A stretch of DNA of 64,000 nucleotides, taken from assembly GCA_026770705.1 (NCBI GenBank), contig JANJGN010000024.1:14818001-14882000 (forward strand), written 5' to 3'. Position numbers and translations under genes: made by a program. The notes beneath the pieces were generated by a model, which saw only the letters and a program-made list of their open reading frames with translations, did not search any database and was not told the origin of the DNA. Shown here piece after piece: positions 61,974 to 64,000 of this stretch (position 1 is its first letter; every line of letters begins with the position of its first letter). This DNA is from Isurus oxyrinchus. Lineage: Eukaryota.

Positions 61974-62789
61974 GTAAGTTGGACAGTACTCCGGTGCAAG
62001 AGATTTGAAGTCGGAAGATAGAATGGAGTAGAGTTTGGAATGATATGGCCATGGAGGAAGTGGTTTGGAATGTGTAATTGTGGTAATTCTGGCTTATTTG
62101 GTGCTTTCGCTGCATTAATTTTTAAATTTCTTGTATTTTTTTGTAGGGGTGGGAGGGACAGATTTCTAACCTAATTCTCAGGAGATTTAGAAACCTAAGT
62201 TATCAAGTATACTTGTAAAACATGATTAGCAAGAGCTATTTTCATTCATTGCGAAACCCAGGTGATTGATTGTATATGACATTATCAAAGAACAAAACAG
62301 AAAGTGATGAACCAGGTAGTATAATTAGGCAATAGCAAACGTGGATCATTAAAAATCCAAACAGCTGGGGAGGAAGGAAATAATGAGGAAGGTCGTGAGT
62401 TCCACTGTGTTGTCATTGGGAAGAAAGTGTTTCTTTAAGAGATTGAAATGAATTTTGAGTTGAGGAAGAGCAAGAGAGGTACATGAGGCAGGGCACTGAC
62501 CCTGGTAACAATTGTTTAAACAGTCCAACATATGGAAAGTGAGTGTGATGAGTCAAAGATTTTTCTTGTTTTGAACCTCACAGCCATGTATTTTAAGCAT
62601 CATATTTACAGGAATTTGTCAATTAGTATTCATGGTATTTTGAAAGTGTGATAGTTGTCGAAGGTAAGAGGTGATAGCTGTTTCTAGACTTGAGAAACAT
62701 GAAGAAACTGTAGTCTAAACATTGATAGCAATGTAGTGTGTTCATATAACATCTCTTGGTCTTATTTTAAAATAATTTCTGTGCTGAAA

Positions 62790-63212
62790 TAGCATGCAGG
62801 ATGTTCATACAAAAATGGTAAAAGCCTATAAAGTACTTTTTGAAGTGTAGTTACTGTTGCAAAGTAAGAAACACATTGGCCATTGTGAACACTGCAAACT
62901 CCCACAAATCCCAATACAATCATGGCTACATAATCTGTTTTAGTGATGCTGGTTGAGGGATAAATATTGGCCAGAATGCGGGAATGACTTCTCTGCTCTT
63001 CTTCAAAGTAACGCCATGCGATCTTTTACATCCACCCGAGCAGGCAGACAGGGCCTCGGTTTAATGTTTAATCTGAAAGACGGCACCTCCGACAGTGCAG
63101 CTGTCCCTCGGTGCTGCATTGGAATGCCAGTTTAAGTTTAATGCTCAAGTCTGTGGAATAGGATTTCAATTGGGAACCTTGCGCTTTAGACAACACTGCT
63201 CTCACTGAGCTA
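62790..63212 (-). mobile_element. Deu-domain SINE (SacSINE1/AmnSINE-like); other copies ~39040-39350 (+), 34780-35060 (-), 53550-53690 (+)
   Basis: Deu-type core GAGGGATAAATATTGGCCAG...GACGGCACCTCCGACAGTGCAGC with an L2-type tail. Confidence 0.75.
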
Positions 63213-64000
63213 CTGCTAAAATCTAATTGGCTAACACGGCCATCAGTAATTTCCAATGGTTTTTTAAAAAAAAATCAAGATTTCTCATTGTCTCATTGAA
63301 GGATATAGATGAGCCGTTACATGCTGATCTCTCCAACACACAGAAGGTTTGTGATTGTGAGGGAATGAGTGTGTGGATTTTAGAAAATTGATGAATGTTA
63401 AGCAGAAACACCAGCTAAAGAATAGATACGGTTGAATGGTAAATCCCTGACTTCCTTAATAGGAGGAATAGGGTGGTTATCCAAGCTAGGAGCATATTTG
63501 TGTGGAGGATAAATACTGCACAGACCTGTTGGGCCAAATGGGCTGATCCTGGTGCTGTAAATACTTGTAAATCCGTGAATTGCCAGTTGATGAGTCATCC
63601 AGAGTGCCTGGAGACAAGCAGTCAGGGAGGGCATGGAAAAAGCAGACGACAAAAGAAATCACCAGATAGTGGGAAAAAGAGCCCACCAGAAGGGAAAAAA
63701 AACATCAGTTGACTTTGGCTGATGTTGTGTAAGGGATTGCCAGTAACTAATCAGACTCCACAGCCAAAACAGTCCAGAAGGGACACAGATCCCAGGTGCA
63801 GTCCATCATCTCTCGAGACGGATAGATGCCACTTATGTGTTATAAGTACTTGTAAATCCCTGACTTATACAAGAGCCAGTTGATGAGACGTCTAATACAG
63901 TACAAATGAATTACTTGAGAGAAAACTATAAGCTTTGAACATTGTGTTTAGAATGTGGATTGTGCCAGGCACCATCAATTAAAGTGTCCAAAGCAATGAC

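Noticed and set aside
63439-63890. Three copies of GTAAATCCSTGA, two followed by GCCAGTTGATGAG (hammerhead-like)
   Set aside because: The first two look like a TSD around a CR1 3' fragment; no stem II/GAAA follows TGATGAG

Overview
Vertebrate genomic DNA, most likely a cartilaginous fish (shark); this is inferred from the Deu-domain SINEs, CR1/L2/Tx1 LINEs and the Penelope family present. Host genes: (1) a complete minus-strand SLC37A4 (ER glucose-6-phosphate transporter) with 8 constitutive coding exons (30452->7416, 428 aa, C-terminal KKED) plus a 66-nt cassette exon (10952-11017) matching the human brain/heart/muscle vG6PT exon; (2) the last exon of a convergent RING-finger gene (1102-1182, RNF214/DZIP3/TTC3-like); (3) a CCAAT-containing, probably bidirectional promoter at about 36 kb and tentative 5' exons of an unidentified plus-strand gene; (4) an internally deleted histone H2B pseudogene. 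Much of the remaining sequence is transposon-derived. The most striking structure is a Penelope-like element (PLE; RT + GIY-YIG) family with about 17 insertions. Its 3' region carries a minimal hammerhead ribozyme, and the young copies have a non-canonical CUGUYGA core. At least 8 insertions are tail-out inverted twins, from about 130 bp to 4 kb; seven sit inside a clear 11-15 bp target-site duplication (TSD). In every twin exactly one arm starts at the extreme 3' tip and the other at an internal site, suggesting a staggered twin-priming integration mechanism. Coordinates of old repeats are approximate.
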